A stretch of DNA of 64,000 nucleotides from a virus (IMGVR_UViG_3300037483_000443:32001-96000); one strand, 5' to 3'. Shown: positions 40,508 through 49,817, numbered from the stretch's first letter. Notes: a model not told the origin generated them from the sequence alone. Program-made: numbers and translations.

Positions 40508-42067
40508 TTATGTAGGTCCAAGAACATATTTGTGAGTAACCACTGTAACGGCAGGAGTTCCAGTGATGGTAGGTACATTAAAGAGCGCTGGATCGCTAGG
40601 ATCTGATGGTGTTAACGGGTGAAGCAATTGAGTAAGTCTTGATTGAGCAGTTGAAAACTCATAGAGTCCTGTAAACGGTTCTTGTGCATAAGTAAAGGTG
40701 AAAGTAGAATCTATCACGCTTCCAGACAAATAGACGTTGAGATCCTTATCTTGAAAGTTGTAAGGGTCTTTTGCCACGACAAAGAAGATCTCGCTCAACG
40801 AGATGTCGATGGGAACGACTGCTATTGTAGCGGTACCTGTTCCTGTACCGGCTCCAGTAGCAGTAAATTCGATTCCGATCGTGTTAGAATTAGCTCCGAT
40901 CGCAGTAAAGTCAGTAGTGCCAATTGAAGTGATTTGATACGTCGTCCCGACGACAAAGCTTCCTGCATTTATCGTGACGGCTCCGATTACAACTTGAGCT
41001 CCCTTGACTCCATAACTGTAATCGTTTATCAAAGCATCAAGCTGTGAACAATACATCAAGTATCGCGTTCCAACGGTTGGAATTGTCACTGCATTATAGT
41101 TACCCCAAGCATCTCCGCTTAATAAGGTTAGCGGAGATGTTCCATTAGAGGTGGTAATTGACGGATCTAACACAACAAATTCAAGAGGGATGATGCTGCT
41201 ATCAAGTACATTTGCTGTTAAGTCGTTGTAAACTATGACATTAACTACATTGTTAGATTCAAAGATCGCAGGTGTAAAAGTAATGCTTTGGTTTGTAATC
41301 GAAATTATGTACTGAGTATCAGGAACCAGAACGCCGTTGACGTAAACACTGATCTTGTTGCTGATAGAAAATCTCAAGGTATTTGAATTTGGGCTATCAT
41401 CTGGTCCACTGATAACAGCAACTGCTCCAGATACAAGGTATGTAAAGTTCATGCTCTGGAGTAGATCTGGAGAGATCGGGAATACGTTCAATAAAATTTT
41501 GACATTTTGGGCCAGATGGAACGTATTATTTTGGGTGTCTACTGTAATCACCGTAGTTGTTGCAGTTCCTGAACCTGCTCCTGGACCAGTCGCGATGAAA
41601 GTTGAACCGACTATGTTAATATCAGCCCCAATCAACGTAAAATCAGTATTTCCCAAAGTTTCAATTACATATTCTACACCAGTAATGAAATTTCCGGCTG
41701 GTACAGAACTGGGAGTTGTACCGTTTATGTAATAAGAGTGCTCCGTACTAGAAGTTGCTCCTTTTTGCAGCACAGCCATCGTCATCATACCAATTTCAGA
41801 AGTAGACAATGGGATTAAAGGGTCTGTCGTGATCGTTGGGGACGATAGAATCACTGTCCCCCGTGGAATGAAATCTTGAAGTCCCTGGACCGGTGGAGTA
41901 AAGAGAAACTTCTTGTTTGTTCTCTCACCTACTCGTGATAACTTTCCGCGGCATTTGAGAGTTATGTTACAACGCAGGGGATCAGGACGACGGCTGTCGA
42001 TCTGAATCTCAGTCTGTCGATTGCATGTATCACATTGAAAGACGATGTATTTGTTTAGAGTGCTCAT
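40508..42067 (-). CDS. Late virion structural protein with 2 copies of the ~48-aa module
   Basis: TAAATA at 42073-42078; N-terminal CDTC..CNITLKCRG; VYVNGV Ig-like segment; T/S-rich. Confidence 0.65.
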   Translation of the reverse strand: MSTLNKYIVFQCDTCNRQTEIQIDSRRPDPLRCNITLKCRGKLSRVGERTNKKFLFTPPVQGLQDFIPRGTVILSSPTITTDPLIPLSTSEIGMMTMAVLQKGATSSTEHSYYINGTTPSSVPAGNFITGVEYVIETLGNTDFTLIGADINIVGSTFIATGPGAGSGTATTTVITVDTQNNTFHLAQNVKILLNVFPISPDLLQSMNFTYLVSGAVAVISGPDDSPNSNTLRFSISNKISVYVNGVLVPDTQYIISITNQSITFTPAIFESNNVVNVIVYNDLTANVLDSSIIPLEFVVLDPSITTSNGTSPLTLLSGDAWGNYNAVTIPTVGTRYLMYCSQLDALINDYSYGVKGAQVVIGAVTINAGSFVVGTTYQITSIGTTDFTAIGANSNTIGIEFTATGAGTGTGTATIAVVPIDISLSEIFFVVAKDPYNFQDKDLNVYLSGSVIDSTFTFTYAQEPFTGLYEFSTAQSRLTQLLHPLTPSDPSDPALFNVPTITGTPAVTVVTHKYVLGPT

Positions 42068-42119
42068 ATAGATATTTACACATCTCTCAATTATTTTCTA
42101 CTTCAAGAGAGCCTCAATA

Positions 42120-42356
42120 TTATTGCACTGTGACCGTGATATACTTGCGCAACGTCACGTCCTTGTCTTGGCACGAGAACGCATCACCGTTCTTATAGTT
42201 TACTACCTTAAGACATGCCCCGTTGCTTACATGAACTTTTGGTAGATCCAGATAATCAGTGAGGGTCTTCATGAACCACATGGTTGCTGCGACTGTCATG
42301 CAGATCGCAGCAACCGTCGAGACTAATTGCTTAGTAGTGACTGCGTAGTAAGCCAT
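42120..42356 (-). CDS. Small membrane-anchored protein
   Basis: N-terminal TM segment, two Cys. Confidence 0.55.
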   Translation of the reverse strand: MAYYAVTTKQLVSTVAAICMTVAATMWFMKTLTDYLDLPKVHVSNGACLKVVNYKNGDAFSCQDKDVTLRKYITVTVQ

Positions 42357-42364
42357 GATCGCTC

Positions 42365-42967
42365 CTAAAGAGAAGACGCAACACCGAGGATAAAGAATTC
42401 CTTGATGCGCTTAACTGACTCGAGAGTATATTGAATGTCTTCAAGAGAGTTGTGCTTACCTCGTGGAGGTAATCCCAACGTCGCAAAGATATCTTCGGAA
42501 TATGTCAGCTCCATGAGAGCAGTTGCGATCGCACAGCTGTCAATAGACGTCGGGTGATAGGTGAACGCCAATCCAGCAGCGTCAAGCAACTGGATAGTAA
42601 ACGCCTTGTCAAAGTGCACACGATGTCCCAACAACATAACTTCACTGGTTCCCATATATTTACTGACCATTCCGACCAACTCAAACGCAGCTTCCTCTTG
42701 AGTAATTCCGTTCTTCTCTAGGTGTTCTTGGGTGATCCCGTGGATATTCTGTGCGCCCATGTTCCACTGGTACTTAGGATCAAATTTGATCTCGCGGTAG
42801 AGCTGCTCGATCGGTTTCAACGTTCTCACGTCAAAGATGATCGCTCCGAAAGAGATACCTTGGTGTTTAGCCGCATAGTTGGGGAGGGAGTATCCAGACG
42901 TCTCCCAGTCGATCGCCAGGCCGAAACTAGGGAGTCTGTTGAGGTCTTTCTTCTTAGGTTCAGCCAT
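42365..42967 (-). CDS. DEDDh 3'-5' exonuclease
   Basis: IDWETSG, IHGI, GHRVHFDKAF, HNSLEDI. Confidence 0.85.
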   Translation of the reverse strand: MAEPKKKDLNRLPSFGLAIDWETSGYSLPNYAAKHQGISFGAIIFDVRTLKPIEQLYREIKFDPKYQWNMGAQNIHGITQEHLEKNGITQEEAAFELVGMVSKYMGTSEVMLLGHRVHFDKAFTIQLLDAAGLAFTYHPTSIDSCAIATALMELTYSEDIFATLGLPPRGKHNSLEDIQYTLESVKRIKEFFILGVASSL

Positions 42968-42974
42968 AGCTATC

Positions 42975-43250
42975 TCACTTAACTTCAGCGGGTGTGTCAC
43001 CCTGAGTTTTCAGCTGAGCAATGAGCTTGCTGACGATGTTCGACGCACGGTCAAACATCTTACCCTTCATGTAGGTAGGAGCCTGAGAAATCTCATTGAG
43101 AGCGTATGCAAACTGCACCTCATAGTTGTAACGATCTGTGCCTTTTTTGTTGTTAGCACCGAAGTTCTTGATGAGGCGAGAGAAACGCTCGTTCAGTTCC
43201 TTGACGTGAACTTCTGCGTTGAAGAGAGTAGAGGTATTAGATTTTGTCAT
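42975..43250 (-). CDS. Hypothetical protein
   Basis: 91-aa ORF. Confidence 0.55.
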   Translation of the reverse strand: MTKSNTSTLFNAEVHVKELNERFSRLIKNFGANNKKGTDRYNYEVQFAYALNEISQAPTYMKGKMFDRASNIVSKLIAQLKTQGDTPAEVK

Positions 43251-43330
43251 GATGTAATTCCCAAGACTAGTTGATCGGATGATTTCATTTACTACTTGAT
43301 CATTGTATCAAACTAGCCCCGGTAAGTACA

Positions 43331-44044
43331 TTAATCTCCTACTCTGATACGACGACGAACGTCTTCTACCTGTCCAGGACCCTCTAGGTGGCGCAGCATC
43401 TTCTCGATCAAAGGATTTCGCACGATGTGACCTGATGAGAACTCAACTGTAGCGATCTCTCCATCAACTGCGCTGAGACGATCAGTTGCCCACTTCAAGC
43501 CGTTCTCAAGACGATCTGGAAGATCTGACTGTGCACAGTCACCGGTGATGACGATCTTCGAATCATATCCGATTCGAGTCAAGAACATCTTCATCTGCTC
43601 TTTGGTTGTGTTCTGGGCTTCATCAAGAATCATGAAAGCTCGATTTAGACTGCGTCCACGCATGTAAGCTAGAGGGAGGATTTGGATGCGGTTCTCACTG
43701 AACAGCATCTCCGAACGTTGAATTCCGACGTGACTCTCAATCGCGTCAAACAAAGGCATCAAGTAAGGGTGAATCTTTTCGTTCATGTCACCCGGTAAGT
43801 AGCCGATGTCTTCGGTAGCCACGAGCGGACGAGTCAGGATGATCTTGTCAACTTCGCCTGCGAGCAATGCTTCGAGCGCAACGTACGTGGCAAGGTGAGT
43901 CTTACCTGTACCAGCGGGTCCGGTGCAGAAGGTGACAGTTGACTCTTTGATCGTTTGGACGTAGTACTCTTGAGTTGAGTTGCATGCAGTGAGGGGCTTG
44001 ATGAAGGTATCAGGGAGTTTCTTCGGGTAGTTCTTCTTGGCCAT
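43331..44044 (-). CDS. phoH: PhoH-family ATPase
   Basis: GPAGTGKT, GYLPG, AYMRGRSL, DEAQN, TRIG, GDCAQSD, VRNPL. Confidence 0.95.
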   Translation of the reverse strand: MAKKNYPKKLPDTFIKPLTACNSTQEYYVQTIKESTVTFCTGPAGTGKTHLATYVALEALLAGEVDKIILTRPLVATEDIGYLPGDMNEKIHPYLMPLFDAIESHVGIQRSEMLFSENRIQILPLAYMRGRSLNRAFMILDEAQNTTKEQMKMFLTRIGYDSKIVITGDCAQSDLPDRLENGLKWATDRLSAVDGEIATVEFSSGHIVRNPLIEKMLRHLEGPGQVEDVRRRIRVGD

Positions 44045-44093
44045 GTGCGGCTCCTGGTTGGGTTGCTTGTGCTACTATGGTATTAGAAAGTAA

Positions 44094-44124
44094 AAAGGGC
44101 AACCGATAATATCGGTTGCCCTTT
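44094..44124. terminator. Intrinsic terminator
   Basis: Perfect AAAGGGCAACCGAT / ATCGGTTGCCCTTT inverted repeat. Confidence 0.8.
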
Positions 44125-44147
44125 CATAACTCAAGATAGAAATCTCG

Positions 44148-44393
44148 TCACTTTTGAGAGTGAAAAATCTTAGCTTCTGCTTCAATATATTGATCAAATT
44201 TCTTGCCAAACTTTTTCTTGAGATAGTTTTGAATATCTGTTTCTTTGCCAAGATGAACATGAGAAAGTTTCTTCCCTAGTTCTTTTTCAAGATCTTTGGT
44301 TTTCATCGAGTACAATCGATCCCACTCAGCTTCAATCTTTTCAAAATCTGTTTTGCTGAGTGATTCTGACATTTGAAGAAGTTCTTTAAGCAT
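44148..44393 (-). CDS. Small basic protein, putative head-internal protein
   Basis: MLKELLQMSES N-terminus. Confidence 0.55.
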   Translation of the reverse strand: MLKELLQMSESLSKTDFEKIEAEWDRLYSMKTKDLEKELGKKLSHVHLGKETDIQNYLKKKFGKKFDQYIEAEAKIFHSQK

Positions 44394-44395
44394 AA

Positions 44396-44698
44396 TCACA
44401 ATTGTTTCAAGAATTCTTCAACTTTTGGAGGAAGCGTGTAATCTCTAGGAAGCTGTTTCTTGAAGTAAGCTTTTGCTGCATCTCTCTTGCTCTTATCAAA
44501 GAACTTACTGTCGTCTGGCTTGTTACCAAATCCACCCTTAACTTTACCTACTTCAATTTCCCTTGAATCAAATGCAACGATTCTGAGGTCTAACTTATCA
44601 TTCGACAAAACGTACGGCTTACCAGTCTCGATAAAGTCACATCTCCAACCATCAATCTTCATACTAGATTCTGCTAATATCAGGAGCTCTTTAAGCAT
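44396..44698 (-). CDS. Small protein, putative head-internal protein
   Basis: MLKELLILAES N-terminus, paralogous to neighbour. Confidence 0.55.
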   Translation of the reverse strand: MLKELLILAESSMKIDGWRCDFIETGKPYVLSNDKLDLRIVAFDSREIEVGKVKGGFGNKPDDSKFFDKSKRDAAKAYFKKQLPRDYTLPPKVEEFLKQL

Positions 44699-44700
44699 GA

Positions 44701-45090
44701 TCAGTCGTTAGCCTCACGTGATTGAAGGAACTTCAGATACTCAAGATATTCTTGCGTAGGATTGCGAAGCGCGTAGAGAGCATCGCGATCCTTAGTCTGA
44801 AGCAGATCGTACAATCTGATAGCTAACGCAGTCATCTCTGCCGGAGGCAGAGCTCTAAGCATGTCAATCACTTCCTTAGAGGTAGAGACATTGCTGTCGA
44901 AGAGCGGGTTGGAGTTCTTGTAGAACTCTCCCATCTTGAGGAACTGGAGGAGACGAGCTACCACCATGTACTCAAAGTGATTATCTGCTCGTCCTCGACG
45001 AATGATGTTAGCGACAGACATCATCACATTCGGCTCAACTACTCCACCTTCATTGATGAGTCTTGCTTGTGCGATTTCATGTATCTTCAT
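44701..45090 (-). CDS. Hypothetical late protein
   Basis: MKIHEI..LINEG; TAAATA at 45118-45123. Confidence 0.6.
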   Translation of the reverse strand: MKIHEIAQARLINEGGVVEPNVMMSVANIIRRGRADNHFEYMVVARLLQFLKMGEFYKNSNPLFDSNVSTSKEVIDMLRALPPAEMTALAIRLYDLLQTKDRDALYALRNPTQEYLEYLKFLQSREAND

Positions 45091-45144
45091 GGAAGCTTCC
45101 CTAGACAGGTTTGAAGTTATTTATCACTTAGAGTCCTGAAACTC

Positions 45145-45777
45145 TTAGCTCCAAGGATCGCGAACTTCGTCACACATGCCGTACTTCAAGGCTTCTTTCG
45201 CGGAGATCCACTTGTCAGAGCTACCTAACAGAACGTCTTGAATCTGTTTCTCAGACATCTTGGTATGACGTTGGAAGTGCTCAACGAAGCGCTTGTGGAT
45301 GTCATCATCATGATTACGTTGAGCGATGAACTCATGGTACTTTCCTTCCATTCCCTGATAGAACTGGTGGGTCATGATGAAGGAGTTGCGAGACATGATG
45401 CGCTTACCCTTGGTGCCGGCAGTAAAGATCAAGGACGCCATCGAGGCAACCATGCCGATTCCAACGGTTTGAATCTGGAGGCGGCTGCTCTCCATCAAAT
45501 CAATAATACCGAAGCCGTCATAGACTCCGCCACCGGGAGAGTTGATGAGCAGCGTAAGAGGTTGTTCTTCAGGGAAGATGTAGTTAGCTTTGATGATGAA
45601 CTGACAGAGATCTTCAGCTGATTCTTCATCGATCGGCCTGAACAGCATGTAGGCTCCGATTGACTGTAGTGAGAACTTGTCGATGGAGATGATCTCTCCT
45701 TCATCGCCTGTACGATCTGTGGCTTTAGCCGTCTTTTTAATTGGTTTCTTGGTAGTTGGAGAGGAATTTAACGCCAT
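45145..45777 (-). CDS. clpP: ClpP-family protease
   Basis: INSPGGGVYDG, GMVASMASLI, FIMTHQ, DKWISAKEALKYG. Confidence 0.88.
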   Translation of the reverse strand: MALNSSPTTKKPIKKTAKATDRTGDEGEIISIDKFSLQSIGAYMLFRPIDEESAEDLCQFIIKANYIFPEEQPLTLLINSPGGGVYDGFGIIDLMESSRLQIQTVGIGMVASMASLIFTAGTKGKRIMSRNSFIMTHQFYQGMEGKYHEFIAQRNHDDDIHKRFVEHFQRHTKMSEKQIQDVLLGSSDKWISAKEALKYGMCDEVRDPWS

Positions 45778-45833
45778 GAAGAACCTTTGATGTGAATTTA
45801 GATCTTGCGACCTTTACTACTTCTGCCAATTAG

Positions 45834-46436
45834 TCATATTCTTGAAAACAAATAGACTCGATCAAAATCCTTCAGCTTACTGCCTTGCTTTCCGTACTCA
45901 ACCTTAACAGTGTACAGAGTCTTGTACATGTCACGACCCCCGTCGGAGAGCCCCAGTTGGAAGCGAATCTCATCATGGTCACGAAGAATCTTGAACCACG
46001 GAGTAGCTCTTCCCTTCTTCTCAATGCGAAAGATCTCACTCCAAGCATCAGTAACATGCTTGATCGCAGCCTCAGCACCGTCAAGCAATTGCCTGATCAT
46101 GATCTCACGTTCTTCACGCTTGTAGAGCAGAGGAACCTTCGCGGAGGGAGAGACCTCAACAGCTTCACGATGGCTTGAAGAGACGAGTTTTTCATCTTTC
46201 GTCTCGACTGAGAGCTTACCTGTTGCCTTGGGATTGTTCAACAAAGCAAACTCAAGGTGATCATCTGCGATTGGGTGTATTTTTGACAGAGAGTTGATGT
46301 CACGGGTCCACTCTTTCTCCAATGCCTTCTTCAGGTCAAGGAGAACTTGAGTGTGGTAGCGCTCTTGAAACAATATGTAGCGTTCAGCATGTTCGCTGCG
46401 GAGTGCTTCTTGAATGATGAAGTTCTTCAGTGCCAT
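45834..46436 (-). CDS. Hypothetical protein
   Basis: 200 aa; MALKNFIIQEA N-terminus. Confidence 0.6.
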   Translation of the reverse strand: MALKNFIIQEALRSEHAERYILFQERYHTQVLLDLKKALEKEWTRDINSLSKIHPIADDHLEFALLNNPKATGKLSVETKDEKLVSSSHREAVEVSPSAKVPLLYKREEREIMIRQLLDGAEAAIKHVTDAWSEIFRIEKKGRATPWFKILRDHDEIRFQLGLSDGGRDMYKTLYTVKVEYGKQGSKLKDFDRVYLFSRI

Positions 46437-46939
46437 TAGCTCTTTCGCTTCAGCCCGATGGGGAGGTAATCTTGATAGTACTTCTTGAAGCGAGCTTCGT
46501 CGAAGCCTTCCTTGAATCCCTTGTGAACGACGTCTCGAAGATCACCGAGAGTGAACTCACCCTCTTTAGTGATCACCAACAAGCCGCGACCAGCTCCGTA
46601 CTTCTTTGAGTGAAGACGAAGGCTAGTCACTTCAAGTTCTTCTAGATCATCTCTGTAGGGAACGTCGATGAGCTTGACTTTGATAGTATCCTTGGGTTGA
46701 GGGAGGTTGAAGCGACGCTTCAAGGGTCCCAGAGCATCAAAGACCTTGCTGTCGGAGTTATACTCAACGCTTACACCATTGATCTCAATGATGTCAGAGA
46801 AGTATACGTAGTTGTCAGAACCACCTGGTTTTGTATAAACAGCTGGCTCATCTTTCAGCGACGAAAAAGAACTAACGACGCGCGAGTCACCGCTGTCTTT
46901 AGTTCTGATTCGATCTCCGGAAACGGGTACTACTAGCAT
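46436..46939 (-). CDS. Hypothetical protein
   Basis: 167 aa, coupled. Confidence 0.6.
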   Translation of the reverse strand: MLVVPVSGDRIRTKDSGDSRVVSSFSSLKDEPAVYTKPGGSDNYVYFSDIIEINGVSVEYNSDSKVFDALGPLKRRFNLPQPKDTIKVKLIDVPYRDDLEELEVTSLRLHSKKYGAGRGLLVITKEGEFTLGDLRDVVHKGFKEGFDEARFKKYYQDYLPIGLKRKS

Positions 46940-46945
46940 GGATCT

Positions 46946-47167
46946 TTACTCTTTTGCTGCAAGGCGTTCAGCTTCAGCAGCAGCCTCTTCCTCAGCAGCA
47001 ATTCGTGCGGCAGTCTCGTCTTCAGTTTCTACCGGTGTTGGGTTGACTCTCTCACGCATCTTTGCAGACAAAACGGCATGCAAATTCTGATTAGCGGTTT
47101 CTGGGTCATCCTTGATGAAGCTGCTGATCACGTCACGCAGCTGGGCTTTGATTTCGTCTTGATCCAT
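46946..47167 (-). CDS. Small acidic late protein (possible prohead core-like)
   Basis: AGGAG SD; TATAAATA at 47216-47223. Confidence 0.55.
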   Translation of the reverse strand: MDQDEIKAQLRDVISSFIKDDPETANQNLHAVLSAKMRERVNPTPVETEDETAARIAAEEEAAAEAERLAAKE

Positions 47168-47260
47168 CTTGATCTCCTTTGGTATAATGAAGTGATCGCC
47201 TCGCGATCTACCTTCTATTTATACTTCCAGAGACCTTGATGTTTTGCAACTAAGCTCTAC

Positions 47261-47455
47261 TTAGACACTTTGCGTTTCCTCTAACAGGTGCAAGTCACAA
47301 TCTAGCACCTCACACCACACGACCCCCGGCTCTTCGATCTTCTCAAACTGATGCCAGAACCGATGATCACCTGGGTAGCGTTCACGTCCCATGTAAGCCA
47401 AGCGTTCTGGTTGGTTTCTCCAGTTGTACTTTCCGCCAATCTTCATTTCATGCAT
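47261..47455 (-). CDS. Hypothetical protein
   Basis: AAGGAG SD; IGGKYNWRNQPERL..WHQFEK..VWCEVL. Confidence 0.65.
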   Translation of the reverse strand: MHEMKIGGKYNWRNQPERLAYMGRERYPGDHRFWHQFEKIEEPGVVWCEVLDCDLHLLEETQSV

Positions 47456-47480
47456 GTTCTGTCTCCTTATAGAGGCTGCG

Positions 47481-47954
47481 TTAGCTTGGAAGTTTGTACA
47501 ATACTTTCTTGAAGTCATCACCGATCGTCTCGTCGATGATCGTGCTGATGATCTTCCAGTTGCCACCGCCGAGGCCAGCTCCGATCATCGGGAAGATGAT
47601 GTCAAGCTTCTTGCAGTCTTTTTCACGGTTAAGGTGGACACTTCTTGCAATCTCTTTGACTTTTTCAAAACATTTAGCGACAGCTTCATAGTCAACATGG
47701 CGTTTATCGGTACCGTATTGAATTTGTGTCATAGCGTTGACGATGATCTTGTTTGGAGCTACTTCACAGTCAATGATGTTTCCTGACGTCAAACCATAGC
47801 GAGTGAAACATTCTCTGTAGACCCGGAAGGCTTCTGGAAAGCGTCTCTTTACCTCAGCTGCGATACCTGAGCCCATTACACCCTGACAATTACATCCATG
47901 TACGATGATCCCTTCGGGGACGTCGAGGGCGTTGCCGAAACGTTCTTCGATCAT
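47481..47954 (-). CDS. Macro domain (ADP-ribose binding/hydrolase) protein
   Basis: GNALD, HGCNCQGVMGSGIA, NAMTQ, PMIGAGLGGGNW. Confidence 0.9.
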   Translation of the reverse strand: MIEERFGNALDVPEGIIVHGCNCQGVMGSGIAAEVKRRFPEAFRVYRECFTRYGLTSGNIIDCEVAPNKIIVNAMTQIQYGTDKRHVDYEAVAKCFEKVKEIARSVHLNREKDCKKLDIIFPMIGAGLGGGNWKIISTIIDETIGDDFKKVLYKLPS

Positions 47955-48134
47955 TTTAGTACTCCCATTATCAATTTAGTTCCTGCTGTCTCTTTCGAGC
48001 CGACTTGTCGGCCTGGAACGTGTCCCAGATCGGCTCGTACTCTTCCCAAGTCAACTCCGGCTTTATGTGCTTGCATATGTCGAACCATTCAACCTTGTCG
48101 AATTCATGCAGTTTGGCATCGTCTTTTGTGTTCA

Positions 48135-48416
48135 TTAAATACTTCCTTCGGTGGAGTCCTTCACAGGGAAGACCTTGTATGCCCGAATGTTGACTTTGTC
48201 AGAATCTTGAGACCAAGTCTTTTCGAATGGTTGACCGTAGAGGAAGTTTTGTACTTTCTCCACGGAGAGAGACAACAAGTTTTTAGGTGTGAACTTCACT
48301 GCTCGCCCCACGACAGTTCGATCATGTCCATCCGAGCTGGTAGAGTATCCGTAGAGTTGACCCATGATGATCTCATTTCCGAGAGCATCAACCGATCCAT
48401 ACTTTTCTTCGCTCAT
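48135..48416 (-). CDS. Hypothetical protein
   Basis: ATGA coupling with upstream gene. Confidence 0.55.
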   Translation of the reverse strand: MSEEKYGSVDALGNEIIMGQLYGYSTSSDGHDRTVVGRAVKFTPKNLLSLSVEKVQNFLYGQPFEKTWSQDSDKVNIRAYKVFPVKDSTEGSI

Positions 48417-48601
48417 TTCTGCTCCCATTTCAAGTCATTATCATCGTTGACTGTGTAAACACCCTTACCCTGTGCATCGTAGATATACGGAGATCCGCAG
48501 CAACCACATCCACCAATCACGATACCATGCTTCTCCGAGAGCTTACCCAGCTCTTCAAGAAACTTTTTTGTATTTGCTGCTTTTTGCTGTTGATCATTCA
48601 T
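48413..48601 (-). CDS. Hypothetical protein (GCGCCGSP motif)
   Basis: LSEKHGIVIGGCGCCGSP; AAGGAG SD. Confidence 0.65.
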   Translation of the reverse strand: MNDQQQKAANTKKFLEELGKLSEKHGIVIGGCGCCGSPYIYDAQGKGVYTVNDDNDLKWEQK

Positions 48602-48723
48602 GATTTCTCCTTAACGTAAACTTGTTGAATGTTGCGAACGAATCCAGCTTTCTCATCCACGTCTAAACGGCTAGGTCTCCGCAAATGTCGTTCCGCCACA
48701 ACGTGCAATATCAAATGGCAGGC

Positions 48724-49074
48724 TCATACCTGCTCCTTACGCTTGGATGCGGCAAGACGGAGTTCTTCTTCCATTTGCAGTTTGAGTTGGATTAAATCTT
48801 CTTCGTTTGAGCCAGCATGTATTGCAGTAATTGCCAATGCCATAGATGAGATTCTTGCCTCTGCAATCTTTTCTTCCAGCCATTGCGTAGCCAATGGCTC
48901 TGTGGCAGAGAGTGCTAATTCAAATTTCCTGCTGCTCTTCCCTATATTCCGCTGATCGTCTTTCTCTCTACGCAGGAAGTCTGTTATAAGATCAACCAGC
49001 ATCGCCCTCTCACGCTTGAGAGATTCGTTCTCCAAGTAAAGTGCATCAGCAAAATTCCGATTTGGGTCACTCAT
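48724..49074 (-). CDS. Hypothetical coiled-coil protein
   Basis: AAGGAG SD, 116 aa. Confidence 0.55.
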   Translation of the reverse strand: MSDPNRNFADALYLENESLKRERAMLVDLITDFLRREKDDQRNIGKSSRKFELALSATEPLATQWLEEKIAEARISSMALAITAIHAGSNEEDLIQLKLQMEEELRLAASKRKEQV

Positions 49075-49189
49075 GCTTTATTCTCCTTGGTGGTGATTGG
49101 TGTGGATGGGCGGATGATGAGTGGCTTTTCATATCGAGACATTTTGCAACCGCGATGCGGGTATCCGTCCGCACCAATCGGTCTTACGT

Positions 49190-49675
49190 TCATGCTTTGC
49201 TCCAATCAAAATCAGATCGAAAGTCAGAATCAACTACAGGTTGAGGGTTAGCTACCTTCGGCTGCCAGTCATATTGCCGCCCTACTGTAATGTGCAGCCT
49301 GTAGTCAAGACGCAGACCGAGCTCTTTGCGGATCTCGATGAGGCGAGGAGATTCAACAGTCAGAGACCAGAACTGCCAGTGACGTTCCAAGCGAGACGGA
49401 TCATACATGAGCTCGATTTCATGCCCGGCATACTTCTTCCAGAGGTTAAGTCGATCTTTAGAGATACGCTCATCGCCCTTGACCACAGTGCAGTGAACGC
49501 CGAACATCGGACGTTGAAGAGTCAGCCACTGACCGTACTTCTTAGTGAGGAACCATTGGTAGTAGAGGTCAAGCTGATCACGTGGCAATTGCACGATGAG
49601 AGTGCGTTGCTTGTGAGTTTTCTTGAAGTCCTGACGAACAGGATCGTAAACGAGCTTGCCTTTAACTTTGATCAC
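49190..49675 (-). CDS. 2H phosphoesterase
   Basis: Two HxT motifs (VHCTV, LHITV) about 65 aa apart in a 161-aa protein. Confidence 0.75.
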   Translation of the reverse strand: MIKVKGKLVYDPVRQDFKKTHKQRTLIVQLPRDQLDLYYQWFLTKKYGQWLTLQRPMFGVHCTVVKGDERISKDRLNLWKKYAGHEIELMYDPSRLERHWQFWSLTVESPRLIEIRKELGLRLDYRLHITVGRQYDWQPKVANPQPVVDSDFRSDFDWSKA

Positions 49676-49691
49676 TTTGTGATCTCCTGTT

Positions 49692-49768
49692 TGGTGCGAC
49701 TGGGGAGGATCGAACTCCCGTTGACGCGGATTTAGAGTCCGCCGCTAAAACCACTCAGCTACAATCGC
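49692..49768 (-). tRNA. tRNA with CUA anticodon (amber suppressor)
   Basis: GCGATTG/CAGTCGC acceptor, A73, CCA; anticodon arm GCGGA-CTCTAAA-TCCGC; T arm GGGAG-TTCGATC-CTCCC. Confidence 0.88.
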
Positions 49769-49784
49769 GTTATTTGATAAGAGA

Positions 49785-49813
49785 ATTATATCATGTGCAT
49801 CTAGAAAGTAAAC
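49785..49813 (-). promoter_or_regulatory. T4-like early (sigma70) promoter
   Basis: GTTTAC..TGATATAAT immediately upstream of the tRNA(CUA). Confidence 0.8.
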
Positions 49814-49817
49814 ACTT

